A stretch of 64,000 bases of DNA, taken from the NCBI RefSeq assembly GCF_006345805.1, contig NC_042999.1, positions 43,586,001 to 43,650,000 on the forward strand. Reading direction: 5' to 3'. Position numbers and translations under genes: made by a program. The notes below the pieces were generated by a model. The model was not told the DNA's origin and ran no database searches. It worked only from the letters and a program-made list of their open reading frames with translations. The DNA comes from Octopus sinensis. Lineage: Eukaryota. Shown here one piece after another: positions 26,013-38,786 of this stretch (positions are counted from its first letter, which is position 1; every line of letters begins with the position of its first letter).

Positions 26013-26775
26013 TGCTCTGCAAGTGAACATGACCACCAACAGTCAGCTGATAAGATTTTAAATGTTTTCCTCAGACCTTCTTTGAGACCTTCTAATATAA
26101 TTTGTAAAGCTTTGTTACACTTGACAAATTTATTGATGAATGATTTATCTTCAGTTGAAAGAAAACATATGGATGAGATGGAGAGATTGCGAGATAGGAT
26201 AAATTGAGGTTGTTGAAAAGCAAAAATCCATAGGAAATTATAATTTGAGATATGTGTGTGTATGTGTGTTTGTGTGTGTGCACACGCACGCATGTGCATG
26301 TATGTATTTTTATATATATGTATGTATCTATGTTTATGCATGTATGTGTGTGTATGTGTAGGTGGGTGTGCATGTATATATTATGTGTATGTAGATCTAT
26401 ATGTATAAGACAGAGTTTGTGTGTGTGTATGTATGCATATGTTTCTTATGGATTCAAAAACTGAGTTGCCAATTTTGACGTATGAGGTATCAAAACATTC
26501 AGTAATCTTTCAGCCACCAAATAAAGTATGAGTTTTGCACAAAAACTCTTTTTTTACTATAAAAATAACCTCAAAAATGAAGTCAGATCGCATAATTTAG
26601 AGATCTTTAGTCAAAGGAGACAACTCTGCCTGAACAACTTTTATGTCTGAGATAGAGCATAATGAGAAAATGTTTAAAATACATGGAGTTTACCAGGAAA
26701 TGAAACTTTGAACATATACCGTCAACTTTATTAGTACCTGTATTTTGTTTAGCCCAGAGTTGTCTCTGTTGTAGC

Positions 26776-26937
26776 CCTTCCTAACGCCAACCACTCTGAG
26801 AGTGTAGTGGGTGATTTTACGTGCCACCAGCACAAGAGCCAGTCAGGTGGTACTGACAGCAGCCATGCTCAAATGGTGCTTTTTATGTGCCACCTGCACA
26901 GGAGTCAGTCCAGTGGCACTGGCAATGACCTTGGCAC
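26776..26937 (-). mobile_element. RTE-LINE 3'-tail internal fragment
   Basis: cccttcctaacgccaaccactc...ggtgcttttatgtgccacc. Confidence 0.8.
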
Positions 26938-27217
26938 AAAATCTCTTTGCTAATCGAGGTAAGAATACAGTCTTCATTAGCATTGTGGTGAAAAACTTCT
27001 TGAAACGAAGTTCTTTGAAGTATAAACTTTTTCTGAGACAAACGTAATTGTCTCCATTTGAAGAGTTCCAAAATGGTCATTTTATGTACATTTTTCATTC
27101 TCTAGTCAGCATGTGGGAAAGCCCATGTTTCCAACACAAATTTTATCTCAAGGGAGCACCAACAAAATACTTCCCTTTGTGAATTTAAGAGAACTCCCAG
27201 ATTAAATGAATTTTCAG

Positions 27218-27268
27218 GATCCTTGTCCTCTCTGTCAAGCAAAGTTTGCATTACCTGCTTCCATTGAG
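27218..27268 (+). CDS. Candidate 51-nt exon encoding a CxxC motif (unverified)
   Basis: gaattttcag| acceptor and gag|gtatgg donor, phase 0-0; encodes DPCPLCQAKFALPASIE. Confidence 0.35.
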
Positions 27269-27400
27269 GTATGGTCTAGGCTGTTCCAGGGGCTTCTATT
27301 TAGTTGTGTATGGCATTCTCTCTTCTTTTCAACACCATATTAGTCAGCTGAAGACATAATGTTGCCTCTCTCTGGAATCCTAAAAGAGGAGCTGTAGTTT

Positions 27401-27439
<39 letters not shown>

Positions 27440-27444
27440 GCATT

Positions 27445-28740
27445 TACTAGCTGTTGGACCCGGCATTGCTCATGTTTTCTGTGTTGAAGTTAAGCCCACC
27501 TCTGACCTTGTATTGAAATCTTCTATGTTTCCTTTACCAAGTACTACCCATGAAGATGTTATATCCGGTTTGGCAGGGATTTTACCCGGTTAATGCTTTT
27601 GACATACTCCTACATACTGGACCGCCTGAAATTGAAGTCAAATTTTTGGATGTATCTCAGCCCGTTGAGTAATGGTTGTTTATTTCTCTCCCCTTAATGC
27701 CACCCTCCATACAAAATTGATCAGCATGTCCAATCTCAGCAAAATCTGAAGAAAAGTGTTAAGGTTATGTCATAAAATAAAATCCATGCCACCATTTACA
27801 TGGAAATATCCCACTGACTTTTAAACTACGATATGAACAATTGATGTTTCATATGTCGAAATGTTTAATTTTACTCATGGGTCAATTTTCCTCAAAATCA
27901 GTTCATTATTTTATTATCAGTGGATTTTGATGATTTCTGCCTTTCACCAGTTTAATTTCAATCCTACTACACGACTCTGACCATAAACTTTACCTACATG
28001 TCAAATTTCAACAAAATTGAATGAATTCTGTAAAAGTTACAGCATCAAATTTTAATCCTATGGGTAATTGTATACAAAAAAGCCTATTAATTTCTTAAAA
28101 TCTCCTGCTCACATGCAATTATCGATTTTTTTATCAACTCTTCATGCTGGCATCAACTAATGGACATGAACTGTAATCACATGTAAAATTTCTACGAAAC
28201 CGATAAGAATGTCTCTAAGGAAATGCTTATTTACATTTGTGCCCTTTTGAATTAAATAAACCTTTACCATCTCCCCCACCACAAAATTTACCTACATCTC
28301 AAATTTCATTAAAATTGGATAAAAAATATAAAAGCTACGGCCAAAAATATAATCCCTTTGGATACTTGCATGCAAAAAAAATCCTATTGATTTTATAAAA
28401 CCACTGCTCAGGCGCAATTATTGATTTTTTGTCAATGCCATATACTCACATCAACTCACTGCCATGAGCCGTGCTCACTCATTAATTTTCATCAAAATCG
28501 GACAAAAAATGCAAAAGCTGCAGGAAAAATAACATCGTTATGGGAATTTCCATTCAAACGCCTGATTGAGCTCACAAAAATCGATGCCAACTGAGCATTA
28601 TCAAGTTTTCGAAAACTTCTGGCCTTATTTGAACTGCAGGACATGTAATCTACCTATGTGCAAAAAACCATTAAAATCGGTTGGACGGTGTGGAAGGAGT
28701 TAGAGTAACTCCAAACACACACACACACACATGGACACCA
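27445..28740 (+). mobile_element. Non-autonomous Helitron/Helentron-like (HINE/Lep1-type) element with internal ~300-bp repeats
   Basis: Starts tactagctgttggacccggcattgc. It contains repeated acctacat.tcaaatttca..aaaat(t/c)g units and paralogous blocks at ~28055 and ~28351, and ends aaaatcggttggacggtgtggaaggag followed by (CA)n. Family assignment is from recall of such architectures. Confidence 0.55.
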
Positions 28741-29427
28741 TTACACAGTTATGTATATGTATGTATGTAATTATTCAGTTTATTTCAAGATTTCTTGCCA
28801 ATAGAGAAGGAACCAGCTTCTAACTTAGATCCAAGGCTCCTTCATTTCAACATCAACAACAGGGTATTTTTGTTTGTTTGCGTATGTATGTATGTATGTG
28901 TGTATGTATGTATGTATGTATGAATGTATGTATGCATGCATGCATGCATTGCATGTATGTGCAGATTTGTGTGTTTTATGTATATGAATTAACAATGAAA
29001 ATAGATACCCATTTTTTTACATCTGCATAAGGATTATTTGGTGCCTATAAAGGGGTGGGTTAGGGTTAGTATATGAATATACATTGATATATGCACACAC
29101 ACACACACATTGCCATTATCGGCAATTTTTCTTTTATGCCTGAGACTTTCAATTTCTTCCTGACTGAATGGTTCCTTCATGTTGATAGTGTTGATGACTA
29201 AGATAGTCAAAACTCAAGAAAATGACGAGGAAGAGTTAACAGAGGATGTGGTTGTTATTGCTACATCTTGTGTCCTTGACATTTGTCTTCAATTTTTGTT
29301 CTGTCTTTTGACTTCAAGTAGGTCAGTTCCAGTTATGATGGAAAGAGTATTTTAACTTTTCATGTTTTAGTCTCAAATCCAGTAATTTTGAAGACAGATT
29401 TTTAACTGGTCTTTGTAATGATAAGAA

Positions 29428-29641
29428 GGACATACTCTTTTACTCTTTTACTTGCTTCAGTCATTTGACTGTGGCCATGCTGGAACATCGCCTTTAGTCG
29501 AGCAAATCGACCCCAGGACTTATTCTTTGTAAGCCTAGTACTTATTCTATCGGTGTCTTTTGCTGAACTACTAAGTTAAGAGGACGTAAACGCACCAGCA
29601 TCAGTTGTCAAGCAATGTTGGGGGGACAAACAGACACACAA

Positions 29642-29706
<65 letters not shown>

Positions 29707-29734
29707 TGCATACATACATACATACATATATTAT

Positions 29735-29784
<50 letters not shown>

Positions 29785-29959
29785 TATACATATATACGAC
29801 AGGCTTATTTCAGTTCCCGTCTACCAAATCCACTCACAAGGCTTTGGTCGGCCCGATGCTATAGTAGAAGACACTTGCCAAGGTGCCACGCAGTGGGACT
29901 GAACCCGGAACCATGTGGTTGGTAAGCAAGCTACTAACCACACTGCTACTCCTATGCCT
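29428..29959 (-). mobile_element. SINE family A full copy with expanded internal microsatellite
   Basis: Tail, ~170 bp of (CA)/(TA), then head. Confidence 0.9.
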
Positions 29960-30459
29960 ATCATTGTGATTGCGTTGCTTTGGTTAATTCCCTGAAGAAG
30001 ATCTGATGAGGATATCTTTCTTCTTTAATTCTAAATACATCCAAACCATCATAGACTGTGTTTCATTATGGTTGGTTAGCTGTCATTTTGAATACTGATT
30101 TTTAACTGTTCTTTGTAATAACAGACAGGACATCTTCATAGTCTTTTCCCTGTGGTCAATTCCCTGAAGAGTGTTTGGTGAGGAAATCTTTTTTTTTTTC
30201 ATTCTAAATGCATGTTCTAACTAACATATCCAGTGTTTCAATACAGTTGATTCTGTTATTTCATCATGACTTCATTATGGCTTCGACATTGGCTTTTTCT
30301 AGAAATTTGTTGTTGGTTATATAATTCTCCTATATGATAATTAACATAGTACAGCGCATTTGTTGATGGGAATTCTCCAGTTTTTTTTATGCTCTATTTC
30401 AAGACAAAATAATAATGCTGAGATGACAACACCTTGACAGACCATTAGTTTTGTTTTAG

Positions 30460-30877
30460 GTGTAGGAGTGGCTGTGTTGTAAGTAGCTTGCTTACCAACC
30501 ACATGGTTCCAGGTTCAATCCCACTGCGTGGCACCTTGGGCAAGTGTCTTTTACTATAGCCTAGGGCCGACCAAAGCCTTGTGAGTGGATTTGGTAGACG
30601 GAAACTGAAAGAAGCCTGTCATATATATGTATATATATGTGTATGTATGTGTGGTGTGTATACGTTTGTGTGTCTGTGCTCCCCCCTCCCCCGGCCGGCC
30701 AACATTGCTTGACAACCGATGCTGGTGTGTTTACGTCCCCGTAACTTAGCGGTTTGGCAAAAGAGACCGATAGAATAAGTACTAGGCTTACAAAGAATAA
30801 GTGCTGGAGTCTATTTGCTCGACTAAAGGTGGTGCTCCAGCATGGCCGCAGTCAAATTACTGAAACAAGTAAAAGAG
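30460..30877 (+). mobile_element. SINE family A full copy
   Basis: As at 4050. Confidence 0.9.
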
Positions 30878-31503
30878 TTAAATGTGCTGTTGTTAGTGAT
30901 TCTCTTAGCCAGTTTTCCAAATATGAAAAAGGGGCTGATCTAATTCTGTGTTCCATATCCTTTTCTCAAGTACATATGTAGGAAAAAAATATTTCAGAAA
31001 TGTGGAATGTGGTCAGCTTGTTCAAAAGATGTATCAGAGATGGTGTTGAAATTAGGGTAGGTTGGCCTTTGGTGCAGGGTTGTTAAGGACTTTGGTAAGG
31101 ACTTCTTGATATTCACTGTAAAGGGCCAAAGTAATCATATGCATTTGTGAAGTTGTTGACTGTTTCCTGAGGTTTCTAGTGTGTGTGTGACAGAGAGTAG
31201 CGTTGTTATATTGTTATCTGAAAATTGAAATTTGGAGGTGTTTTGTATATTAGTATGTAAATAATCCTGTATCAAAACAGTATCTGATATCAACACCTGT
31301 ACATATATGTGTATATATATATATATAAAAGTTTTTGTGCATCTTGATGCTGACATAAGTTCCTTGCTTTTCCTGATGAGAAGGCGGCATAATGCAGCCC
31401 TTACTTGTTTGAAATTAGGAATATGCAGCCTTCAAAATATATGTCGAAAATAAAATAAAGGAATTTTGTTAATTCGCCGTTCAACTTCATTCTTTCATTT
31501 ATT

Positions 31504-31557
<54 letters not shown>

Positions 31558-31935
31558 CATGCATACACACACATATACATATATATATATGTGTGTGTGT
31601 GTGTGTGTTGTGTGTGTGTGTGTGTGTGTATATTTCTCTCTCTCTCTATATATATATACTCACACACACACACATATATGTATATATGTAAAAACACACA
31701 CCCACACACACGTGTGCACATACATATATGAATGAGAGAGGTGAGGTGGTGAGAGCAAAAGTGTAGAGGAGATAAAATGAGAAAGGAGAAAAAGAACTCA
31801 AACCAGTTCAAGCAGATGCCTATAGATTGATTTATGTCAACAACTATGTTGGTTCCAGACATTTGCCTGATGTTGTGTGTATGGGTGCATAGTAGTCACC
31901 TCTTCTGCTTGAAGACAAATACATTCAGCAACGTC

Positions 31936-31974
<39 letters not shown>

Positions 31975-31975
<1 letters not shown>

Positions 31976-32325
31976 TAATTAATTCTTTTTATTGGCCACA
32001 AGGGCTGACAAACATGATTGGAAAACATAAAGGGACAAAATAGGACGAATGGTTACAAAAGGTTTTGTCCGTTTGTGAAAAAAAAAACGAGTAAAAAGCA
32101 GTTTAACAATCAAAAATTTTAACAACGAAAAACTCCCAATAGAGGAGACGCTTCGAAAAAAGAAAAGGTCTCACGTGGAAAAACCCATAAAAGCCACGGG
32201 AGCCTGGTCAAAAGCGGGCTAGAGAGCCCCTTTCTCCTTTTATAATACCTTTTTCAATTACAGGCGAAACTTCAGAATTGGTCCATTTATACTAGCCATT
32301 CTTGCATAATTCACCCACCTTTCAT
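31975..32325 (-). mobile_element. L1/Tx1-like LINE 3' end in (TAA)n (extra tail tip at 32345-32400)
   Basis: The minus strand encodes RWVNYARMASING then a T-rich UTR ending gcccttgtggccaataaaaagaa; (TAA)n on both sides. Confidence 0.45.
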
Positions 32326-33212
32326 AATAATAATAATAGCAACAATAATAATAAAGCTTTCTTTATTAGCCACAAGGGCTTAAAAAGATACAAGAAATAC
32401 AAATCTTTCACTAGGAAAATGAAAAATAAAGTGGAATGTGAAAAAACAAGTATACAAATATGAAAGGAAGAGATCAGAGATGTACAATATATTGATGGAT
32501 GCATTGTGAATTTTAAAGGTATACATATATGCACACATGCACACACACACGTGTGTGTGTGTATAAATAAGTGCACTCATGTATACACATACATATATAT
32601 ACACTCACATACATTTTCACTGAAATAGGTTTAAAGATTACAACAAAGATCATAATCATTAAAACAAGATATGATTATCGGAAATAAAACTCAAAAAATT
32701 TCTGGTTAGGTTGATTTAGGGCACTCCATGATCCTGTTCTCTTAATCATTTATCAAACTATGTTTGACTGCACCCAAATGCACCACTAAGCATTTTTGAG
32801 ACAATCTTGAAAATCATCTTTATCTTGTGAGTGTTCCCTTTCAAATTCGATGTAAGGTGTTAGTTTTAATTTTACTAATAATCTATCTTTTGCACGTTGT
32901 TTATATTCTGAACTTGACTTTTTGTGTCATTCTAACTGCTTCAAAAGTCCATGGCTCAAGAGATGCATAATCTTCTCTATTAACTTTTTATTTGTTTTTT
33001 TGATGAATGATCAATCTTAGTTCTTCATCATTCCTTCACATTCTTCTTTATTTTCCTGAGAAGGGATTTCATTGTCATTTAGAAGAAATTGTTCCTTCTT
33101 AGCTATTTTCTTTGTTTATATTGTCTTATTTTTTTAAATTTTTACCTTTGTATATTCCCCAAATGTTGTATATTCCTCATATGTAATTATTATTTCTTCT
33201 TCATTAAATTGT

Positions 33213-33410
33213 CAAGCTGGTAGAATCATTACCAAGCTGAACAAAATGCTTAGTGGCATTTCTTCCAGCTCTTTAAGTACTGAGTTTAAATACTGCCTTT
33301 CATTCTTTCAGGATCAATAAAGTAAATGCTGGGTGAATACTGAGATCATTTTAATTGACTTCCCACTCACCTCACAATGAATGGCCTTGTGCCAAAATTA
33401 GAAACAATTA
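33213..33410 (+). mobile_element. SINE family C copy
   Basis: gctggtagaatcatt...aaatgcttagtggcattt...ggccttgtgccaaaattagaaac. Confidence 0.75.
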
Positions 33411-33886
33411 TTTCTTCTTCATCACATGATGAAGGTATGGAACTACAAGTTGTTAAGGATGAGGTATTTGTTCATTTATTTGAGATAAAAGGCATAAAGT
33501 TATTTCATTTGTCATCACCAAAGTTATGGATGGAGGTGTTCTGCACACTGGGGTCTGTTATTCTTTTTGATGTTGCTTACTTTTTTATTTTTCATTTGAC
33601 TTATTTTTACTTAATTTTTTCCCCTTCTGGGCATTCAACTCTAAGATGAGTTAGTCTGACAAATGTAACAAGTAGGCTTTCTATCCTGTGTCTTCCATCA
33701 GGTACAGTTTCTAAGTATCACAATGACATTTTGATATATCCTGACCTTGCAATAATCCTGCTTTGATCATTTTCTCAATGCTAACAATGGATCTACATTG
33801 TTCACAATGTCTCTTATTGTGATTTCTTTCACCCATAAACTGGGACACAAATGTGTAGTCAGAGGTATGTCTTATCATTTCAGCTT

Positions 33887-34183
33887 CATCATCATCATCA
33901 TCATCATCATCATCGTTTAACGTCCGTTTTCCGTGCTAGCATGGGTTGGACGGTTCGACCGGGGTCTGGGAAGCCAGGAGGCTGCACCAAGCTCCAGTCT
34001 GATCTGGCAGTGTTTCTACAGCTGGATGCCCTTCCTAACGCCAACCACTCTGTGAGTGTAGTGGGTGCTTTTTACATGCCACCGGCACAGAAGCCAGTCC
34101 AGGGGAGTCTGCCAGCGGCCACGATCGGTTGGTGCTTTTTACGTGCCACCGGCACAAAAGCCAGTCAAAGCGGCGCTGGCATC
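33887..34183 (-). mobile_element. RTE-LINE 3'-tail copy
   Basis: (CAT)n then cgtttaacgtccgttttccgtgctagcatgggttggacgg.... Confidence 0.9.
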
Positions 34184-34967
34184 GTGATTTGATTATGTCT
34201 TTAGATTTAAAGATATAGCTGATGGAGCCATAGTTTTCGTCTTTTTCTACTGAAAGAACTTTTCCTAATATATCCTGAAGAACCTGTTGTCCTACTTCAA
34301 GCGAAGCAAAATTTTGTCTGCCTCCACTGCTTTTATGAACAGAGATATCCTCTTCTGGATTACACCCATGGCATAGAAATACTGCTAGTTTTACAAAATT
34401 CTTTCACCAATGTTGTTAGATTCAAAAATTCCGTATGTTCATTTTGTATTGAAAGGCTTGCTTTCACACAACTGCTGTATGAACAGACAGTAGTATCTGA
34501 AATCATATAAGGTTACTTCAACTATTATTGTTGTTACTACTGTTAACTCTCTTCCAAATAATTTATTCGAGTATTTAGGCTATTTTCACCTAGTAACTGT
34601 TTGACACACTTTTAATTTTCTCCTTCCTCTTATATATTCAGTTGTGAGTTTTAATTTTGTGTTGATTTTCTTTCTTTTCCCATTGTAGTCTTTAGTCTTG
34701 TAATATGATTATGTGTAGTAGCCATTTTTGGATGTGAAGATGTGATGTGTAGAAATAAAATTTGAAAAGTTTGTGTTACAAACCTCTTTATTTTTTTCTT
34801 TTTGCCTACTCCAGGATATTGAGAGCAGCTTTTCCTTAGGCAATTATTGTTGTTTTTATAATTATCCAAAAGAAAATTTCATTTGATAATCCTTGAATAA
34901 AGTGTATTTTGATAGGGAAAACAAAGCCATCACTGTATGAGAATCAAATATAATAATAATAATAATA

Positions 34968-35180
34968 ATGGTTTCAAATTTTGGCACAGGGCTAGAAGGT
35001 CTGGGAGAGGGGCTAGGTCTATTACATCGCTCTCAGAGTTCAACTGGTACTTATTTTATTAACCCCCAAAAAGATGAAAGGCAAAGTTGACCTTGGTGGA
35101 ATTCGAATGTAAGGATGGATGAAATGCAGCTAAGCACTTTGTCTGGCATGCTAATGATTCCACCAGTTCACTGCCTTAAA
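34968..35180 (-). mobile_element. SINE family C copy
   Basis: Reverse complement of the 33213 copy; (TAA)n at its 3' end. Confidence 0.75.
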
Positions 35181-35231
35181 TATGATATTAATAATAATGA
35201 GAATAATGATAATGATAGTAGTAGTAGTAGC

Positions 35232-35266
<35 letters not shown>

Positions 35267-35334
35267 CAGTAGCAGTAGCAGCAGCAGTAGCAGCAGCAGC
35301 AGCAACAGCAACAGCAGTAGTGGTGGTAGTAATA

Positions 35335-35402
<68 letters not shown>

Positions 35403-35418
35403 AAGAAGAAGAAGAAGA
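35180..35418. repeat. Compound triplet tract (AAT)(AGT)(AGC)(AAC)(AAT)(AAG)
   Basis: Direct reading. Confidence 0.9.
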
Positions 35419-36840
35419 TGATTCATTCTGTTATGAAGGAGAGCAAAAAAATTTTAAGTCACTTTATGCTTAATACCCAGGTTGAACAGTATGTGGGAAG
35501 TGCTGCAACTGTAGATGCAAAGAAGGTGAAATCAATAGTAAGGCAAAATGTGCTTGAACAATTGGCTGATAGATGAGAACAAAAATCTCTGCATGGCAAA
35601 TATGTGGCCTGTAGCAAACACGCAGATGTAGACCAGAAGCACACCCATCAGTGGCCACCGAGCTCAGGGCTAAAGGCAGAGAGTGAAGGCTTTATCTTGG
35701 CTGCCCAAGATCTGAGCTTATTAACTCAAAAACTATTGAGCCAATGTGATGTTAAATGGTGTAGACCAATAGTGCTGATACTGCTACAATGGGATAGAAA
35801 CAGTTGACTACCTAATCTCTGAATGTAAGTTTTTAGCACCTCTAGAGTACAAATCAAGACATGACAGAGTTGTGTTATAAAATCAAAACTGCTGACAATT
35901 GGTACAAGCACCACTCTGAGGCTGTAAGTGAGGGAGAAAATGTAACTATTCTTTGGGACTTGCCAGTATGTACAGACTGGACCATCAAGGCAAATAAACC
36001 AGATATTGTCGTGAAAGACAAAAGCAATAAAGTCTGTTTATTGATTGACATGAGCATACCCTGGGACCATAATATCTCAACAAAAGAGTTTGATAACCTC
36101 AGAAAATATAAAGATTTGCTAATTGAAATTGCAAAGATGTGGCATCTCAAGACAGTTGCAATTCCAGTGATTGTAGGAGTACTTGGAATGATCAAAAAAA
36201 GAACTGAAAATTATTTAAGAATGATCCCTGGCTTATTACCATCTATGCAGGAAGTGCAAAAGAGTGTCTTAACAGGTATGTCACATGTATTGTTGCTGTG
36301 AATTTTCTTTCCTTTACCCCAAACTTTATTTTATTTGTTTACTTTCCTATTTCTATTTTTCCCCTTTTTCTCTATCACATGACTCTGTAAATGAACAATC
36401 TGGCGTGTTTGTTTTAATGGCCTACCGATGTATACAGTACGTTTCACTGTCCTAGGTGTCACGAAGACATCCAGCAAGTAAAGGATGTGGTGTATGCGAG
36501 AGATTCAAAATAAAGGCACCTACCTTCTCTTCGCTCAGATGGAGACCCTTCAGCGGTAATGGATCCTTCAACACAGCCCGACCCGAACACTAGAAATAGC
36601 AGCTGCTTCTCCCCTACCTTAACAACGTACTCACGCGTCTTACTCCCTCGGCAACCTCGATCAAAAATGGCTGAATCCACCCTGCCTGCGCACGCGTCAC
36701 TCCTGCCCCTTCCAGTCAGCTCCCCGGCTGCTGATGTCATCCCACAATGGAAACAGAATTGAAGATGCTAATGAAAATAATAATAATATAATAATAATAA
36801 TAATAATAAATAATAATAATAATAATAATAATAATAACTA
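35418..36840 (+). mobile_element. R4/Dong-like non-LTR retrotransposon, 3' portion (zinc knuckle + REL endonuclease)
   Basis: LHGKY, SGLKAESEGFILAAQD, C*YC..ETVDYLISEC (decayed CCHC), RHD, ILWD, NKPDIVV..LIDMSIP, KYKDL, IPVIVGVLG; ends in (TAA)n. Confidence 0.9.
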
Positions 36841-36842
36841 TT

Positions 36843-37560
36843 ATTTCTAATTTAGGTACAAGGCCAGCAATTTGAAGGGGAAGGGTTTATTCGATATATC
36901 AACCCCAGTACTTGACAGGCTCCATATTTTATCAGCACATCCCAAAAATAAAAGGCAAAGTTGATCTTGGCAGTATTGGAACTCAGAATGTAAAGAACCC
37001 GAAGAAAATATCACATAGCATATTTTTCCAATAACCTAGCCTATCCATTACACTAACCCTACAAGCATTTCTAATTCAGTCACAAGATTAGCAATTTGGG
37101 AGAGGGGCTTAGTTGATTATGTCAGTACCAGTACCTGACGAGTACTTTATTTGATCAGCTCTGAAAGGATGAAAGGCAAAAATCGACCTTGGCAGAACTT
37201 GAATTCAGAATGTAAAGATCAATGAAATGTCACAAAACATTTTGCATGGCAGGCTAATGATTCTACCTGCTCAACTTCAGAACAAATATTAGCTTCAAAT
37301 TTTGGTACAGGGCCAGAAATTTTGGGGGATGGGTATAGTTGATCACATTGAACCCCAGTATTCAACTTGAACTTATTTTATCGACCCTGAAAGCAGAAAC
37401 AGCAAAGTTGGCCTTGGTGGAATTTGAACTCAGAACTTAAAGATGGACAAAATGTCACTAAACATTTTGCATCCAGTGTGCTGACAATTCTGCCAGCTTC
37501 CTGCCAGAACAGATATTGCAAGGCATTTTGTTTGACACTTTAACAATTCTACCAATTTGC
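36843..37560 (-). mobile_element. Head-to-tail array of ~3.5 diverged SINE family C copies
   Basis: Units start at ~36843, 37067 and 37289 (period ~220 bp), each with aaaggcaaa.ttga.cttggc.g.a.ttgaa.tcagaa. Confidence 0.75.
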
Positions 37561-37648
37561 TTTAATAATGTGGTTTATATGCCACAAAGCTGATGGATGG
37601 CATTTCAAGGCTGAAGTATAAACATAAAGAGAACTTTTTTTAGAGAAA

Positions 37649-37895
37649 CATCATCATCCTCATCATTTTAATATCACCCATGTCTGTGTTTACATGGGTT
37701 GGCTAGATTTATTGAAGCAAATTTTCCACAACCAGATGCCCTTCCTGTCACCAACCCTCACTTGTTTTCAAGCAAGGTAATATCTCTCCAAGGCCAGACT
37801 TGTTTACACGGAAAATTAGAAATGAACGACATTGTTTGTATGGCAGTAACACTCACAACTATCATGCAGTGTCAAGATGAGGAGACAAAAGCATA
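37649..37895 (-). mobile_element. RTE-tailed short repeat with distinct body
   Basis: catcat...catgggttgg...gatgcccttcctgtcaccaaccctcac matches the LINE tail, then diverges. Confidence 0.7.
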
Positions 37896-37919
37896 CTTCC
37901 ACATACACACATTCATGTA

Positions 37920-37964
<45 letters not shown>

Positions 37965-38035
37965 TCTTGTTTTGTACACCACCTGTCTTCATCTTTTGTT
38001 GTTTTTTCATAAATTCTCCCTATATATGTATATGA

Positions 38036-38083
<48 letters not shown>

Positions 38084-38092
38084 ATATATATG

Positions 38093-38132
<40 letters not shown>

Positions 38133-38537
38133 ATAAATTAGGATTTGAAGGAATCAGGCACTTAAATGGTAAAGCACTAAGCATTGGGTCGGGTCAAAAA
38201 ATAAAATGTGTACGCAACAAAAATATAGGAATACAATATGTGGGTACTGAATTACAGGCAGAAAGATACTCAGTTTATGTATACAATTAACTGTATCCAG
38301 CTGAATATATCATGAGCCCTGAGGCTAATCAGGGAGTGCACATTGCACTAAATGTACAGTCCATAATATATTTTGGATCTATGCAAGGAGCAGGTTCTGA
38401 GTGATGTGACCAATAAATCAATAAATAACCACTGATGGATAATGTATCAATTTGCTACAGATGTTTCCAATGAATTTTTAATTGATTAATGGGGATATTA
38501 CATTATTAAAAAAAAAAGTCTTTCAAATTAAGTAATC

Positions 38538-38748
38538 TCTTTACTCTTTACTCTTTTACTTGCTTCTGTCATTTGACTGCAGCCATGCTGGAGCAGCGCC
38601 TTTAATCAAGCAAATCGACTCCAGGACTTATTCTTTGTAAGCCTAGTACTTATTCTATCAGGCTCTTTTGCCGAACCGCTAAGTTACTGGGACGTAAACA
38701 CACCAGCATCGGTTGTCAAGCGATGTTGGGGGAACAAACACAGACACA

Positions 38749-38786
<38 letters not shown>

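Noticed and set aside
30003-30047. CTGATGA-ggat...atcc-AAAC hammerhead look-alike
   Set aside because: G12 is missing, there is no stem I/III, and the related block at ~30160 lacks the motif.
30900-31430. Possible APE endonuclease relic on the minus strand
   Set aside because: Only vague compositional resemblance; no catalytic motif could be read.
33702-33864. Strong acceptor/donor pair (ccatcag|...agag|gtatgt)
   Set aside because: Stops in all three frames; could only be a non-coding or terminal exon, with no supporting evidence.
34220-34420. Minus-strand protein-like frames (CHGCNPEEDIS.. / AMGVIQKRISLF..)
   Set aside because: Short, stop-bounded, no recognised motif and no convincing splice sites.
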